From positions 192,001 to 256,000 of the forward strand of contig CAVSHO010000007.1 in NCBI GenBank assembly GCA_963727825.1: DNA of 64,000 bases, read 5' to 3'. The stretch comes from Ignavibacteriota bacterium. Its GTDB lineage: Bacteria > Bacteroidota > Ignavibacteria > UBA10030. A model generated the notes under the pieces. That model was not told where the DNA came from. It did not search any database and saw only the letters and a program-made list of their open reading frames with translations. A program made the translations under genes and the position numbers. This document shows positions 19,052-29,679 of this stretch, piece after piece; within the stretch, counting starts at the first letter, position 1, and every line of letters starts with the position of its first letter.

Positions 19052-22000
19052 ATGTGGATTACCAGACTTGCTCTTCGCTATCCAATCTCTACGTTTCTTT
19101 TTGCACTCACCATTGTTTTATTAGGATTTGTCTCATTCTCGCAGCTCCCCATCGATATGCTGCCGAATATTACAATTCCGGTAGTTACCACCGTAACGTA
19201 TTATACCGGTGCCAGCCCTCTCGATATGGAGCAGAGCGTAACACGCCTCATTGAGCGAAGTGTCAGTTCTATTAACGATGTGAGTTACGTAAAGTCTTCA
19301 ACACGTGAGGGAATTTCAGCAGTACAGGTATATTTCAATTGGGATGCCAACACCGATGTTGGGCTTGTGGATTGTGTACAACGTGTCAATCGAGTGTTGA
19401 GCCAGCTTCCCACCGGTATCTCGCAGCCTTCTGTGTTGCGATTCGACATTACGAGCCTTCCGGTATGCGTAGTTGCGGTTGAAGGTGATATGGATCAGCG
19501 GGATCTCTATGATCTGGCGTTCAATATTATTGAACCGCAGATCGAGCATATCGACGGTGTTGCTTCAGCAACTGTTTCAGGCGGAAGAATTCGGGAAATT
19601 CATGTCACGCTCGACAGGAATAGAATTCAGGCAATGAATATTCCTGTACAAACCGTTTTAAACGTTGTTGCCAATTCGAACCTCATCATCCCATCGGGTG
19701 ATCTTAAAACAGGCCCGTTTGATTACACCTTAAAGACGGAAAGCCTATTTAATGTCGTTAAGCCGATGGAAAATGTCGTAGTAACTACGGTCAATGGTGT
19801 TCCTATACGGCTGAAAGACATCGGTTCTGTTGAAGACAGTTATCAAGAACAAACAGAAATTGTCCGTGTCAACAGCAAACCCGGCGTCATAATGCGTGTT
19901 TTGAAGCTTTCAAGCGCAAATACAGTTCAAGTGGTCGATAATGTAGTGCGCGGTATTCCGACGTTAACAGGTATTCCCTCTGCAGTAAAAATGACAGTCA
20001 CATTCGATCAGTCTGTTTATATACGACAAACAATTTCCGGATTGCAGAGAGAAGCGATGCTTGGCGGTATTCTTGCAATGTTGATCATCATCCTTTTCTT
20101 GCGCAATATTCGCGGCACGTTAATTATCCTTGTTGCTATTCCGCTTTCCATTCTCATTACATTTATTTTATTCCGGTTTGGTAATATTACACTCAATATT
20201 ATGACCTTTGGTGGATTGGCACTTGCGGTTGGAAGGCTTGTCGATGATTCCATCGTCGAGTTAGAAGCAATCTCTCGTCACTATAATATGCGGAAGAAAG
20301 GTCAATCCCGTCTTGATGCAACATTAGATGCTGCAAAGGAAGTGGCTGCGCCGATATTTATTTCCACTCTCACAACGGTTATTGTCTTTTTACCAATCGT
20401 CTTTCTAAGTGGAATTGCAAAGCTTCTTTTTGTTCCCCTTACAATTACGATTGCTGTTGCATTGTTCGGATCATTCTTTGTCTCGAGAACAGTTACTCCG
20501 TTGATGTGCTTGAATTATCTCCCGCCGGAAAAAGAATTAGACAGGGTATCGACAAAATTTTCAGATCGAACGAGAGTTTATTTTCACGATATGCTAGAGA
20601 GTATTGAATCGTTCTATGAAACTTGCCTTCGCTGGACGATGAAGCATCGGAAAACAGTTGTTATTAGCATTGTTCTCTTCTCGGCATTGTCGCTCGGACT
20701 TTTCATGTTCATCGGAACAGAATTTTTCCCGGATCAGGATGAAAGCAGATTTACTGTATCCTTTAAACTACCTGTCGGTTCTCGTTATGAAGAAACGGAT
20801 TCAATAGCGCGACAAATGGAAAAAATCATTTCTTCGTCAGTTCCTGAAACACAGGTTCTCATTACAGATGTTGGTATTACCACCAATGCAAAAGCAAGTT
20901 CAGGCATCGGAGGTGGAGGTAATTCTGGCACCCATGCAGGAAATATTTCGGTTGGACTTGTGCCATCAGAAAATCGAAACCGTTCGGTGTTTGAAATTGC
21001 CGCAGATGTGCGACGTAGGTTAGCAAAACTGCCGGGTGTTCAGGTGTTTTTGAATCCCGGTGGAATATTGCGTTATCTGCTGAATTTCGGTTCATCCGCT
21101 CCCATTGATGTTGAAATACGCGGGTTTGATCTTGAGACCGGAAATGCACTCGGTAAGGAAATTGCACAAATTGTCCGATCAACTCCGGGTGCGGCGGATG
21201 TGCAGATCTCTCGCGATGATAACTTGCCTGAACTTCATATCAATATCGACCGCGACAAAGCTGGTGTGTTAGGAATTGATGTTGCAGGCATTTCAAATAC
21301 TATCTATACATGTATGGCTGGCTATGTTGCATCGTTGTACACAGATCCGGTATCTGGCAACCAGTATAATATTCTTGTACGGCTTAATCAGAATTATAGA
21401 AACCAGATCGAAGACTTAAAACAATTAACCATCACAACGGCAAATGGACAGCAAGTACTGCTGGGAAATATTGCAACGATCGAAAAACGCAGCGGCCCGG
21501 TACAGATTGATAGAAAATATCAGCAGCGCCTTGTTGAAGTGACAGCAAATGCCGTGGGACGAGATTTGGGAAGCGTTTCGAAGGATATTCAAGACAAACT
21601 CGATAAATTGAATGTGCCGCCGGGATTTGAAATCAAACAAACGGGCAACGTTGAACAGCAGAAAAAAACATTTAGTGATTTAAGTATGGCATTTCTGCTT
21701 GCCATTATATTAGTATACGTCGTTATGGCATCACAATTTCAATCATTCATCGATCCGTTCATCATTATGTTCACAGTTCCACTGGGCATTGCCGGCGTTT
21801 TATGGATGTTGTTCCTTACGCATACAACACTTTCGGTCACGTCGTTTCAAGGAGTGATAGTAATGGTGGGTATTGTTGTCAGCAACGGAATTCTGTTAGT
21901 GGATTATACGAATCACTTGCGCATAAGCGGTCTTGAATTGCACGAAGCGGTTATACGCGGTGGCAAAACGCGTTTAAAACCAATCCTTATGACATCACTG

Positions 22001-22309
22001 GCGACTGTTCTTGGATTGATTCCTATGGCAGCCGGCATAGGCGGCGAATCAACTCAAGCACCGTTAGCGATTGCAGTCATAGGCGGCTTAACATTTTCTA
22101 CAATCTTGACGTTATTCTTCGTTCCAATTCTTTATACGGTATTTGAAGAACGATTCAAGCGAGAGATACGAACCGATGATGTCGCACCAATTGAAATTGA
22201 ATCAATGCCTATGCAAGGCGAAGCTAAGGTAGAGCAGCCAACCGCTCTGCAAACACCGGCAGTACGAAAACCAAGAAAAGGGTCTCGCTCTTCTCCAGAG
22301 AAGAAGTAG
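19052..22309 (+). CDS. AcrB/AcrD/AcrF-family RND permease
   Basis: 1085 aa; GRLVDDSIV, RLKPILMTSLAT, AVIGGL. Confidence 0.96.
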   Translation: MWITRLALRYPISTFLFALTIVLLGFVSFSQLPIDMLPNITIPVVTTVTYYTGASPLDMEQSVTRLIERSVSSINDVSYVKSSTREGISAVQVYFNWDANTDVGLVDCVQRVNRVLSQLPTGISQPSVLRFDITSLPVCVVAVEGDMDQRDLYDLAFNIIEPQIEHIDGVASATVSGGRIREIHVTLDRNRIQAMNIPVQTVLNVVANSNLIIPSGDLKTGPFDYTLKTESLFNVVKPMENVVVTTVNGVPIRLKDIGSVEDSYQEQTEIVRVNSKPGVIMRVLKLSSANTVQVVDNVVRGIPTLTGIPSAVKMTVTFDQSVYIRQTISGLQREAMLGGILAMLIIILFLRNIRGTLIILVAIPLSILITFILFRFGNITLNIMTFGGLALAVGRLVDDSIVELEAISRHYNMRKKGQSRLDATLDAAKEVAAPIFISTLTTVIVFLPIVFLSGIAKLLFVPLTITIAVALFGSFFVSRTVTPLMCLNYLPPEKELDRVSTKFSDRTRVYFHDMLESIESFYETCLRWTMKHRKTVVISIVLFSALSLGLFMFIGTEFFPDQDESRFTVSFKLPVGSRYEETDSIARQMEKIISSSVPETQVLITDVGITTNAKASSGIGGGGNSGTHAGNISVGLVPSENRNRSVFEIAADVRRRLAKLPGVQVFLNPGGILRYLLNFGSSAPIDVEIRGFDLETGNALGKEIAQIVRSTPGAADVQISRDDNLPELHINIDRDKAGVLGIDVAGISNTIYTCMAGYVASLYTDPVSGNQYNILVRLNQNYRNQIEDLKQLTITTANGQQVLLGNIATIEKRSGPVQIDRKYQQRLVEVTANAVGRDLGSVSKDIQDKLDKLNVPPGFEIKQTGNVEQQKKTFSDLSMAFLLAIILVYVVMASQFQSFIDPFIIMFTVPLGIAGVLWMLFLTHTTLSVTSFQGVIVMVGIVVSNGILLVDYTNHLRISGLELHEAVIRGGKTRLKPILMTSLATVLGLIPMAAGIGGESTQAPLAIAVIGGLTFSTILTLFFVPILYTVFEERFKREIRTDDVAPIEIESMPMQGEAKVEQPTALQTPAVRKPRKGSRSSPEKK

Positions 22310-22528
22310 TTTAATTACGTAAGCTCGTTCAAGAAAATGATTACCAGTGTTTTTCTACCTAAAAGGGAAGGAATATATTCGTACCTGAATATTTCTTCTT
22401 TCGTTTCCTTTCTGAAATGTGATTGTCGTCGTTTTCCTAACATTCCATTTGGTTTTCTCGGTATAAAAGAATAATTTGACGTCGAATTCGTTCTTGTCCA
22501 CTCAAAGTGTCTATAATTAGAAAATGTA

Positions 22529-23542
22529 ATGTTAAATTACGTCTGGATTTTTCTTATAGCAATTGCGCTAATCGTTGGTATCGGCAAAGATATCACCGAT
22601 GAATTGCAAAACACGTACCAAAATGGTGAGCCGATGGAAATAACATTTCTTTCATCGCAAATAGCATCTGGTACTGTTATGAGATTAGAAGGCCAGTTTT
22701 ATCTTACAGCAAAACAATTCAATGATTTCTACAAAATAACATCGCAGATTGAAGAAGTAAAACAACCGGTTGTTATTTCACTTTCATCAGATGGAACCGG
22801 AACGGGGAGCTTTCTTTTTTCATCCACAGATGCAACACCGATGCGCTGGAAGGAAATGAGTAAATCCGCTTCAGCCAAAGATAAACTAACGGGGAAAGTG
22901 GAGAAAATAGAATTCTCTGACGATAAATCTTGGGCAAAGGCGACTATAATATTGGAACCGATTCGCTTTGTGAAATTGAAAGCCATTACACAAGCCGCGA
23001 TTGATTTCGCAAATACTGCAGTCGAGATTGCAATTGGCTTGATAGGTGTAATGGCGCTTTGGCTTGGTCTCATCAAAGTTGCGGAGGAAGCCGGATTGGT
23101 GAAAGTGCTCACGCGATTGCTTACTCCAATTACAAAACGTTTATTCCCAGATATTCCTTCTGATCATCCTGCTATTGGTGCGATCATTATGAATACTGCG
23201 GCAAATATGCTCGGTCTCTCCAATGCTGCTACACCGATGGGTTTGAAAGCAATGGAGGAATTGAATAAGCTTAATCCCAAAGCCGGCACGGCAACGAATG
23301 CGATGGTGACTTTCCTTGCTATTAATACCGGTGGATTAATTTTAATACCGGCAACTGCGATTGCGGTCCGAGCAGCATCTGGCTCTGCAAATCCAGGTAT
23401 CATTATTGGCACTGCAATTTTCGGCGCTGGTTGTGCGACGATAACCGGAGTCATTGCATCAAAAATTCTTCAGCGTCTTCCAAAATATAAAAAGGAATTG
23501 GATAAAGAGGAAAAATTAGCGAAGGAGAAAGACAATGATTGA
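22529..23542 (+). CDS. spmA: SpmA-like nucleoside-recognition (Gate) membrane protein with an N-terminal periplasmic insertion
   Basis: MLNYVW start, LWLGLIKVAE, ANMLGLSNAATPMGLKAM. Confidence 0.88.
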   Translation: MLNYVWIFLIAIALIVGIGKDITDELQNTYQNGEPMEITFLSSQIASGTVMRLEGQFYLTAKQFNDFYKITSQIEEVKQPVVISLSSDGTGTGSFLFSSTDATPMRWKEMSKSASAKDKLTGKVEKIEFSDDKSWAKATIILEPIRFVKLKAITQAAIDFANTAVEIAIGLIGVMALWLGLIKVAEEAGLVKVLTRLLTPITKRLFPDIPSDHPAIGAIIMNTAANMLGLSNAATPMGLKAMEELNKLNPKAGTATNAMVTFLAINTGGLILIPATAIAVRAASGSANPGIIIGTAIFGAGCATITGVIASKILQRLPKYKKELDKEEKLAKEKDND

Positions 23543-24083
23543 TCTCTTTCGTTCCATCATCAACCTGGTTTCTATCTTTGCAATTCCGCTAATGATTGCC
23601 GTGTTTCTTGGCTGGGGATTTGTCAAGAAAGTACGTGTATATGAAGTTTTTGTAGAAGGGGCTAAGGATGGATTCAATACCGCAATTCGCATAATTCCAT
23701 ACTTAGTAGGAATGTTATTTGCGATAGGTATCTTCCGTGCGAGCGGTGCTATGGATTTGTTGGTTTTAATAATTTCGCCAGTCACAAATTTAATCGGTAT
23801 GCCTGCAGATACATTGCCGATGGCGCTAATGCGACCGCTTTCGGGCAGTGGTTCATTAGGAATTATGACAGAGTTGATGAAGACGCACGGCCCGGATTCA
23901 TTTGTTGGCGTGCTTGCTTCTACAATGTATGGCAGTTCAGAAACAACGTTTTATGTGCTCGCTGTCTATTTCGGGTCAGTGAATATTAAAAATTCTCGTC
24001 ATGCCGTTCCAGTTGGATTATTGGCAGATCTTGCCGGCATGCTTGGCGCTGTTTTTATTTGCCGTATCCTTTTCGGAATTTAG
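23535..24083 (+). CDS. spmB: SpmB-like membrane protein
   Basis: FVEGAKDGF, RPLSGSGS, GSSETTFYVLAVYFG. Confidence 0.92.
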   Translation: MIDLFRSIINLVSIFAIPLMIAVFLGWGFVKKVRVYEVFVEGAKDGFNTAIRIIPYLVGMLFAIGIFRASGAMDLLVLIISPVTNLIGMPADTLPMALMRPLSGSGSLGIMTELMKTHGPDSFVGVLASTMYGSSETTFYVLAVYFGSVNIKNSRHAVPVGLLADLAGMLGAVFICRILFGI

Positions 24084-24112
24084 AAAATATAAAGAAAATG
24101 ACAGGAGAAACC

Positions 24113-25429
24113 ATGAAATCTATTTTCATAATAATCTTTATGCTGATGTTACTATCGATTACTGCAACCGCACAACTCCAAAACGCCACCGCAGCACTAA
24201 TGGGGAATGGGAATAGTTCGATTCCTATGGGTGTTGGTGCAACTTTCATAGATGGTGAAACTTATTACTTAGTTAATATTGCGCCGGAACTCGCGTTCGG
24301 GAAACTCGGTTTAGGTCTTGATCTTAATTTACGCTTTAACACGCAGGGACAATTACGGCCGGGTGATTACGTAAAATTTGAAGATTATCTCCGCATCATT
24401 CGTTATGTCCGCTGGGCGCAGAAAGGTGATCCTCTTTACATACGAGTCGGACAACTTGACTACTCTATGCTTGGTCACGGATCAATTATCTATAATTATA
24501 ACAATAGTGCAAGCTATGATATGCGGAGGACAGGAATAGAATTAGATATGAATTTTGATAAACTCGGTTTCGAATCTATGTACAGCGATATTACGGGAAG
24601 AGGATTGCTGGGTTTGCGAGGCTATGTAAAGCCGTTAAAATTTACCAGTTTTGCTAAGGTTCCGGTTATAAATAACTTTGAAGTTGGCGCTACCTATGCG
24701 CGTGACTTAAACGAAAATGCAGATTGGACATATTTTTCAAATACATCTGAATATTATACAAAACGTTCAGGATTGTCCATTTATGGATTTGATTTTGGAC
24801 TGCCTATAATCTCCTATTCGATTTTGAAGTCTTCCTTATACTATGATTTTGCGCAAATCAATAACTATGGACATGGCTCAACTGTAGGCATCAATATGAA
24901 TTTCTCCGGACTTGGACTCGTTGACATTAGAGGTAAATATGAGTTACGTTATAATGGTATACAATATCTACCGGCGTACTTTAATGCATTGTATGAACAC
25001 GATCGATTTGATCCTGTCAGTGGTGTAAGCAAATCTGATACACTAAAATATGTAAGTGCAAATCATGGTTATTATAGCGAGCTCGTCATTAGTGTCTTGA
25101 AGACCTTTAACATCATCGCTGGCTATCAAGCGCCGTTTGATATCAAAGACCAAGGTGTTCTGCATGCAGAATTGCAATTGCCGCAAGTTACCGGCATCGT
25201 TGTACGATGTGCGTTTGATAAAACAAGAATAGGCCGGATTTTTATATCGGATGATAATACGATCCTGAGTGCAGAGGTTGGCTACAAGCCTGTCAAATAT
25301 CTATTGGTGTCAATGCTTTATCAGCGTACATTTTCAAACAGAAATCCGGATGGATCCTTACGCACTGATGGTTCCTTTATTAGACAAGATCGGGTAGAAC
25401 CGAAGGTCAGTTTTGTTTATGATTTTTAG
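24113..25429 (+). CDS. Hypothetical outer-membrane beta-barrel protein
   Basis: SD AGGAG, signal peptide, amphipathic strands, terminal Phe (SFVYDF). Confidence 0.7.
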   Translation: MKSIFIIIFMLMLLSITATAQLQNATAALMGNGNSSIPMGVGATFIDGETYYLVNIAPELAFGKLGLGLDLNLRFNTQGQLRPGDYVKFEDYLRIIRYVRWAQKGDPLYIRVGQLDYSMLGHGSIIYNYNNSASYDMRRTGIELDMNFDKLGFESMYSDITGRGLLGLRGYVKPLKFTSFAKVPVINNFEVGATYARDLNENADWTYFSNTSEYYTKRSGLSIYGFDFGLPIISYSILKSSLYYDFAQINNYGHGSTVGINMNFSGLGLVDIRGKYELRYNGIQYLPAYFNALYEHDRFDPVSGVSKSDTLKYVSANHGYYSELVISVLKTFNIIAGYQAPFDIKDQGVLHAELQLPQVTGIVVRCAFDKTRIGRIFISDDNTILSAEVGYKPVKYLLVSMLYQRTFSNRNPDGSLRTDGSFIRQDRVEPKVSFVYDF

Positions 25430-25691
25430 ATTTGCAAGATAGAAGAGTTAATCGAGTAAGTGCTTGCATTGATAATAATAGGGCGTTTCATTCTTGTCAG
25501 TTGAATAAACAAAACGCCTTATATTTTATTTTTAGAATAACATTCGCATAGATAATATTGGGTTTAATGTAATAAATTATCCCCCCACAATTGAGAGACT
25601 ATCCTGAAACAGATTTACTCTTTTTTGCATTTCACCTCTCTTCTTTCTATTTTCAAACATCAAATCATACTTTTACAGAAAGCAATATCTA

Positions 25692-27091
25692 ATGAACATT
25701 CAATTTCTAGGAGCTGCACGAACAGTCACCGGCTCAATGCATCTCGTCTCTGTGAATGGCACAAAAATCCTTCTCGACTGCGGTATGTTTCAAGGAAGGC
25801 GAGCAGAAGCGTATGAAAAGAATCGTAGTTTTCCATTCGATCCATCTAAAATTGATGCGGTCATTCTCTCGCATTCTCACATTGACCACGCTGGTAAACT
25901 TCCGAATCTTGTAAAGAATGGTTATCGACGGCCCTATTTATGCTACCTCGGCCGCACGCGATTTATGCAACATTATGTTGTACGATAGCGCTTACCTTCA
26001 AGAGCGGGACATTGAATATGTGAACAAGAAACACCAAAAAAGACATGAACCGCTTGTACAACATTTATATGATGTCGTAGATGTAACAAACGCTATGACG
26101 CAATTCATTAGCATTAATTACGAACAACAAGTGCAGGTTGCCAAGGGAGTGATGTTGAAATTTTTCGATGCCGGACATATTCTCGGTTCTGCTGTGACAG
26201 TGCTTGAAGTGGAAGAGAATGGTAAAAGGAAGAAAATCGGTTTCACGGGTGATTTGGGAAGGAAAGAATGCGCCGATTATTAGAGATCCACAACCAATTG
26301 GCAGCGTAGATGTATTAATTTCCGAAAGCACGTATGGCGGTAAATTACATGATCCAATAACCGGGATGAAGGATTCCTTATGCAAAGTCATCCAGCGAAC
26401 AGCTGATCGCGGCGGCAAAGTGATTGTGCCATCGTTCAGTGTCGGAAGGACACAGGAGATCGCATATCTTTTGTCAGAATTATTTGATGAAGGCAGATTA
26501 CCTGTTGTACCAATTTATGTCGACAGCCCGCTCGCAGTAAATGCAAGCGACATTTTCCGTTTGCATACCGAGTGTTTTGATCAAGAAACACTTGCTCATT
26601 TGCATGCGCATGAAGATCCTTTTGGTTTCAACAGGTTAACGTATGTGCGGTCGGTAGATGAATCAAAAAAATTGAATGATATGCATTCTCCGTGCGTTAT
26701 TATTTCAGCATCCGGAATGTGTGAAGGCGGAAGAATTGTGCACCATCTTGCCAACAACGTTGAAAATCCTAATAACACTATTCTGATATGCGGATATCAA
26801 GCGGAACATACGCTCGGCAGGCGAATAGTTGAGAAACAGCCAGAATTGAACATCTTTGGGGAAATACATAAACTAAATGCAGAAGTAGTAGTGTTAAATT
26901 CATTCTCCGCACATGCAGGTCAGGATGAATTAGTAGAGTATATTACAATGGCCGACCAAACTCAATTGAAGAAAATATTTCTTGTTCATGGTGAATTAGT
27001 GCAGATAGAAAAACTTTCTGCGAAGCTCAAAGAAACGGGTGTAAAAGAAGAGATTTGTATTCCCGTGACAGGAGAGAAGTTTGAAATATGA
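25692..27091 (+). CDS. MBL-fold beta-CASP ribonuclease (Ysh1-like), two apparent frameshifts (about 25927 and 26268)
   Basis: SHSHIDHAG, AGHILGS, FTGDLG, ESTYG, GRTQE, SASGM, FSAHA and VHGE spread across three ORFs. Confidence 0.9.
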
Positions 27092-27192
27092 AAATGAGAC
27101 TTGATGAAATCGCATTTCCGGCTAAAATATCAACCAACGCGGGTTGCGAACGATTTCTGTAGATGTTCAGTGAATGATAATGGAATTAATCA

Positions 27193-29124
27193 GTGATATT
27201 CGTACGCAGAAGTCCGAGCATTTCTTTATATCCTTTTATTTTAGGATTGCTTTTCTTTCATCAACCAGCGACTGGTCAGGAATTATCTCGTCCTTTTACG
27301 GCTCCAAGTGTAGATAGTCTACAATCTTCCTCACTCAGTTTTGATCGCGATCTTAACACTTATGTATGGACAGGAGATTTCAAGAAAGAAATCTATGGAC
27401 AACTTTGGGATGTTGATTTACATCAGCAAATTCATTCTCGCCTTATCGAAACGGACCAGACTGCAATTCAAGATGAGTATCAAGGATTAATTGCTTTACG
27501 TGCAAGACTTTTTGAAGACTGGAATTTCCAATTAAAAAATTCATCCAATGTTCTTGCTGATAACCGTGCCATTGATCTTAGCAGAATGGCACAGCATCAA
27601 GTTCTTGCAGGTTTGGAGTACTTGCCGACGAGAAACATTGTCGGTGAAGCAATGGGAGGATATGAACTGAACACACAAGAAGAGGAGAACGACCATGGTT
27701 TTACTTACGCGTTCGGTTTAAATGCGCGTCAAGTGGCACTGGAAGAATTCAATGCTTCTCTTCAATCGTCTTGGAACCAATCCCTTCTAGGCCGTCGTTC
27801 TCCAAATACAGGAGACATCAAGCTTACACTCTTGCGCGATTTCGGGGATGGTATTGACGATTCACTTGCAGTTAACTACAGCACACAGCGCAGGCAATTT
27901 TATACGTCACTCGATTCTTCAAGTCAATTAGTTCTCGGTGTGTCGCATAATATTTTTCAGCGTGATGCAAGCGTTCTTGAAGTTTCTAACCAGACGAAGT
28001 ATAATTTAGGCCGAAGTTTCTCTACAGTTGTTTCAATCGGGATCTCAAATCAATTGATCAATCGAGGATATCGCTTCAAGGATTATCTTCATCCTGAATC
28101 ATTGATTCTGGATTCGCGCATCCAAGAAATGCAATTCTTTGGTATTATTTCAATGCGGTGGCAACCGATTTACTGGCTAGGCGCAGACATTAAACTTGCA
28201 TACACTGAAAAAGAAGAACGACATTCAGTATTGGATGATATTCATGCTTCGGATGCTATCGTTGATACACAACGAGCTTCGGCAAGCCGCTTAGAAAATA
28301 ATGCGCAACGTACAACGCTTACGGCAGGATTAGAAATTGATGTATCGCAGTATGATAAAATTCATTTGGTATCTTCGTCAAGTATTTTGCATTATGATAC
28401 ACCGGATATACTTAATACTGATGATCGTGATGAATTACTCTTAACGTCAGGAGCCGAGTATTTGCATAAATTTTCCTCTCGCTTGCTTCTGACGCTGAAT
28501 GCAGACCTGACATTATTTCATCTTGTTTATCTGAATGGAGATCAGAGTGCAAATAATAATTGGAACCGTGTTATCCGGCTGTCGCCAACTGTTGAGTATA
28601 TGCCGGATCCATGGTTCCGTACAGTTATGCGCACTGAAGTCCTGGCAAATTATACGGTCTATGATTATGAACAGCAGGTAGCCTCTATACAAAGCTTTTC
28701 ATTCAGGCAAGCTCTGTGGTCAGATTCTACCGCTATACGGTTATGCGAAAGAATCCAGTGTAATTTTTCAGGAAGCTTGCGTATCTTTGAAAATGGAACA
28801 CTTCGCTGGCAGGAATTTAAGGAAAATCCAGAAGAATACGTCGTCGAGAAAGCAATGTGGCCGGAATTAGTTTGGTCTTCGATGATTGGATTAAAAATTG
28901 GAATTGGATTCCGTTATTTTGGTCAAGATCGTTACACCTACCAAAGTGGTCAGCGAATATTCTCTCAAGGGATAGAAGCGTTAGGTCCGACCGCATCTAT
29001 TGAATGGTCAGGATTGGCTGGAGAAAAAGTTATGATTAATGGATGGCGGGAAGAACAAAGAAACAATGGGACGACGGCGGCAATAATTTCAAATCTCTCT
29101 ATACAAGTAGGGTTTATCTTGTAA
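27193..29124 (+). CDS. Hypothetical outer-membrane protein
   Basis: 643-aa ORF with a signal peptide and beta-strand character. Start uncertain. Confidence 0.65.
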   Translation: MIFVRRSPSISLYPFILGLLFFHQPATGQELSRPFTAPSVDSLQSSSLSFDRDLNTYVWTGDFKKEIYGQLWDVDLHQQIHSRLIETDQTAIQDEYQGLIALRARLFEDWNFQLKNSSNVLADNRAIDLSRMAQHQVLAGLEYLPTRNIVGEAMGGYELNTQEEENDHGFTYAFGLNARQVALEEFNASLQSSWNQSLLGRRSPNTGDIKLTLLRDFGDGIDDSLAVNYSTQRRQFYTSLDSSSQLVLGVSHNIFQRDASVLEVSNQTKYNLGRSFSTVVSIGISNQLINRGYRFKDYLHPESLILDSRIQEMQFFGIISMRWQPIYWLGADIKLAYTEKEERHSVLDDIHASDAIVDTQRASASRLENNAQRTTLTAGLEIDVSQYDKIHLVSSSSILHYDTPDILNTDDRDELLLTSGAEYLHKFSSRLLLTLNADLTLFHLVYLNGDQSANNNWNRVIRLSPTVEYMPDPWFRTVMRTEVLANYTVYDYEQQVASIQSFSFRQALWSDSTAIRLCERIQCNFSGSLRIFENGTLRWQEFKENPEEYVVEKAMWPELVWSSMIGLKIGIGFRYFGQDRYTYQSGQRIFSQGIEALGPTASIEWSGLAGEKVMINGWREEQRNNGTTAAIISNLSIQVGFIL

Positions 29125-29137
29125 TTTTAGAAGCATA

Positions 29138-29590
29138 ATGAAATCAATTATGAACAGGAACAAGCCGGGCAGTATACATCAAAAATGTATTTATGAAATG
29201 GTGTGCCCAAGTAATCAAGAAGAAATAATGCGCATTGAAAAATTTCTGAAGCATTTAGGTACTCAGCTGCGTATAGACGATGGAATGATGCACCGGTTGC
29301 TCGTTTCATGTACAGAGGCAGTGAATAATGCAATTGTTCACGGTAACAAATCCGATCCTGATAAAAATGTAATTATTCGATGCGTTGTTAAAAAGAAGAT
29401 ATTAACCGTTTTCGTAATAGATGAAGGGAAAGGATTTAATTCAGAAAGCTTGCAAGATCCGCGTGACGAAAAGAATTTGTTGAAAGAAAACGGGCGTGGT
29501 GTGTTTTTAATGCGCTCACTCATGGATAAGGTGAAATTTAAGCGGCTTAAGTCAGGTTCTTTTGTGGAGATGCAGGTGAAGCTTCACTAA
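29138..29590 (+). CDS. RsbW-like anti-sigma / ATP-binding Ser kinase (HATPase_c_2)
   Basis: EAVNNAIVHG, DEGKGF, GRGVFLMRSLMD. Confidence 0.9.
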   Translation: MKSIMNRNKPGSIHQKCIYEMVCPSNQEEIMRIEKFLKHLGTQLRIDDGMMHRLLVSCTEAVNNAIVHGNKSDPDKNVIIRCVVKKKILTVFVIDEGKGFNSESLQDPRDEKNLLKENGRGVFLMRSLMDKVKFKRLKSGSFVEMQVKLH

Positions 29591-29623
29591 CAACTTATAA
29601 CTGCGAGCATGAATTATAAAAAG

Positions 29624-29656
29624 GAAAAACCCGCCTCAAATGAAGACGGGTTTTTC
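29624..29656. terminator. Bidirectional terminator between convergent genes
   Basis: GAAAAACCCG...CGGGTTTTTC. Confidence 0.75.
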
Positions 29657-29679
29657 TTACTGTTAAAGATAAATTCAAC

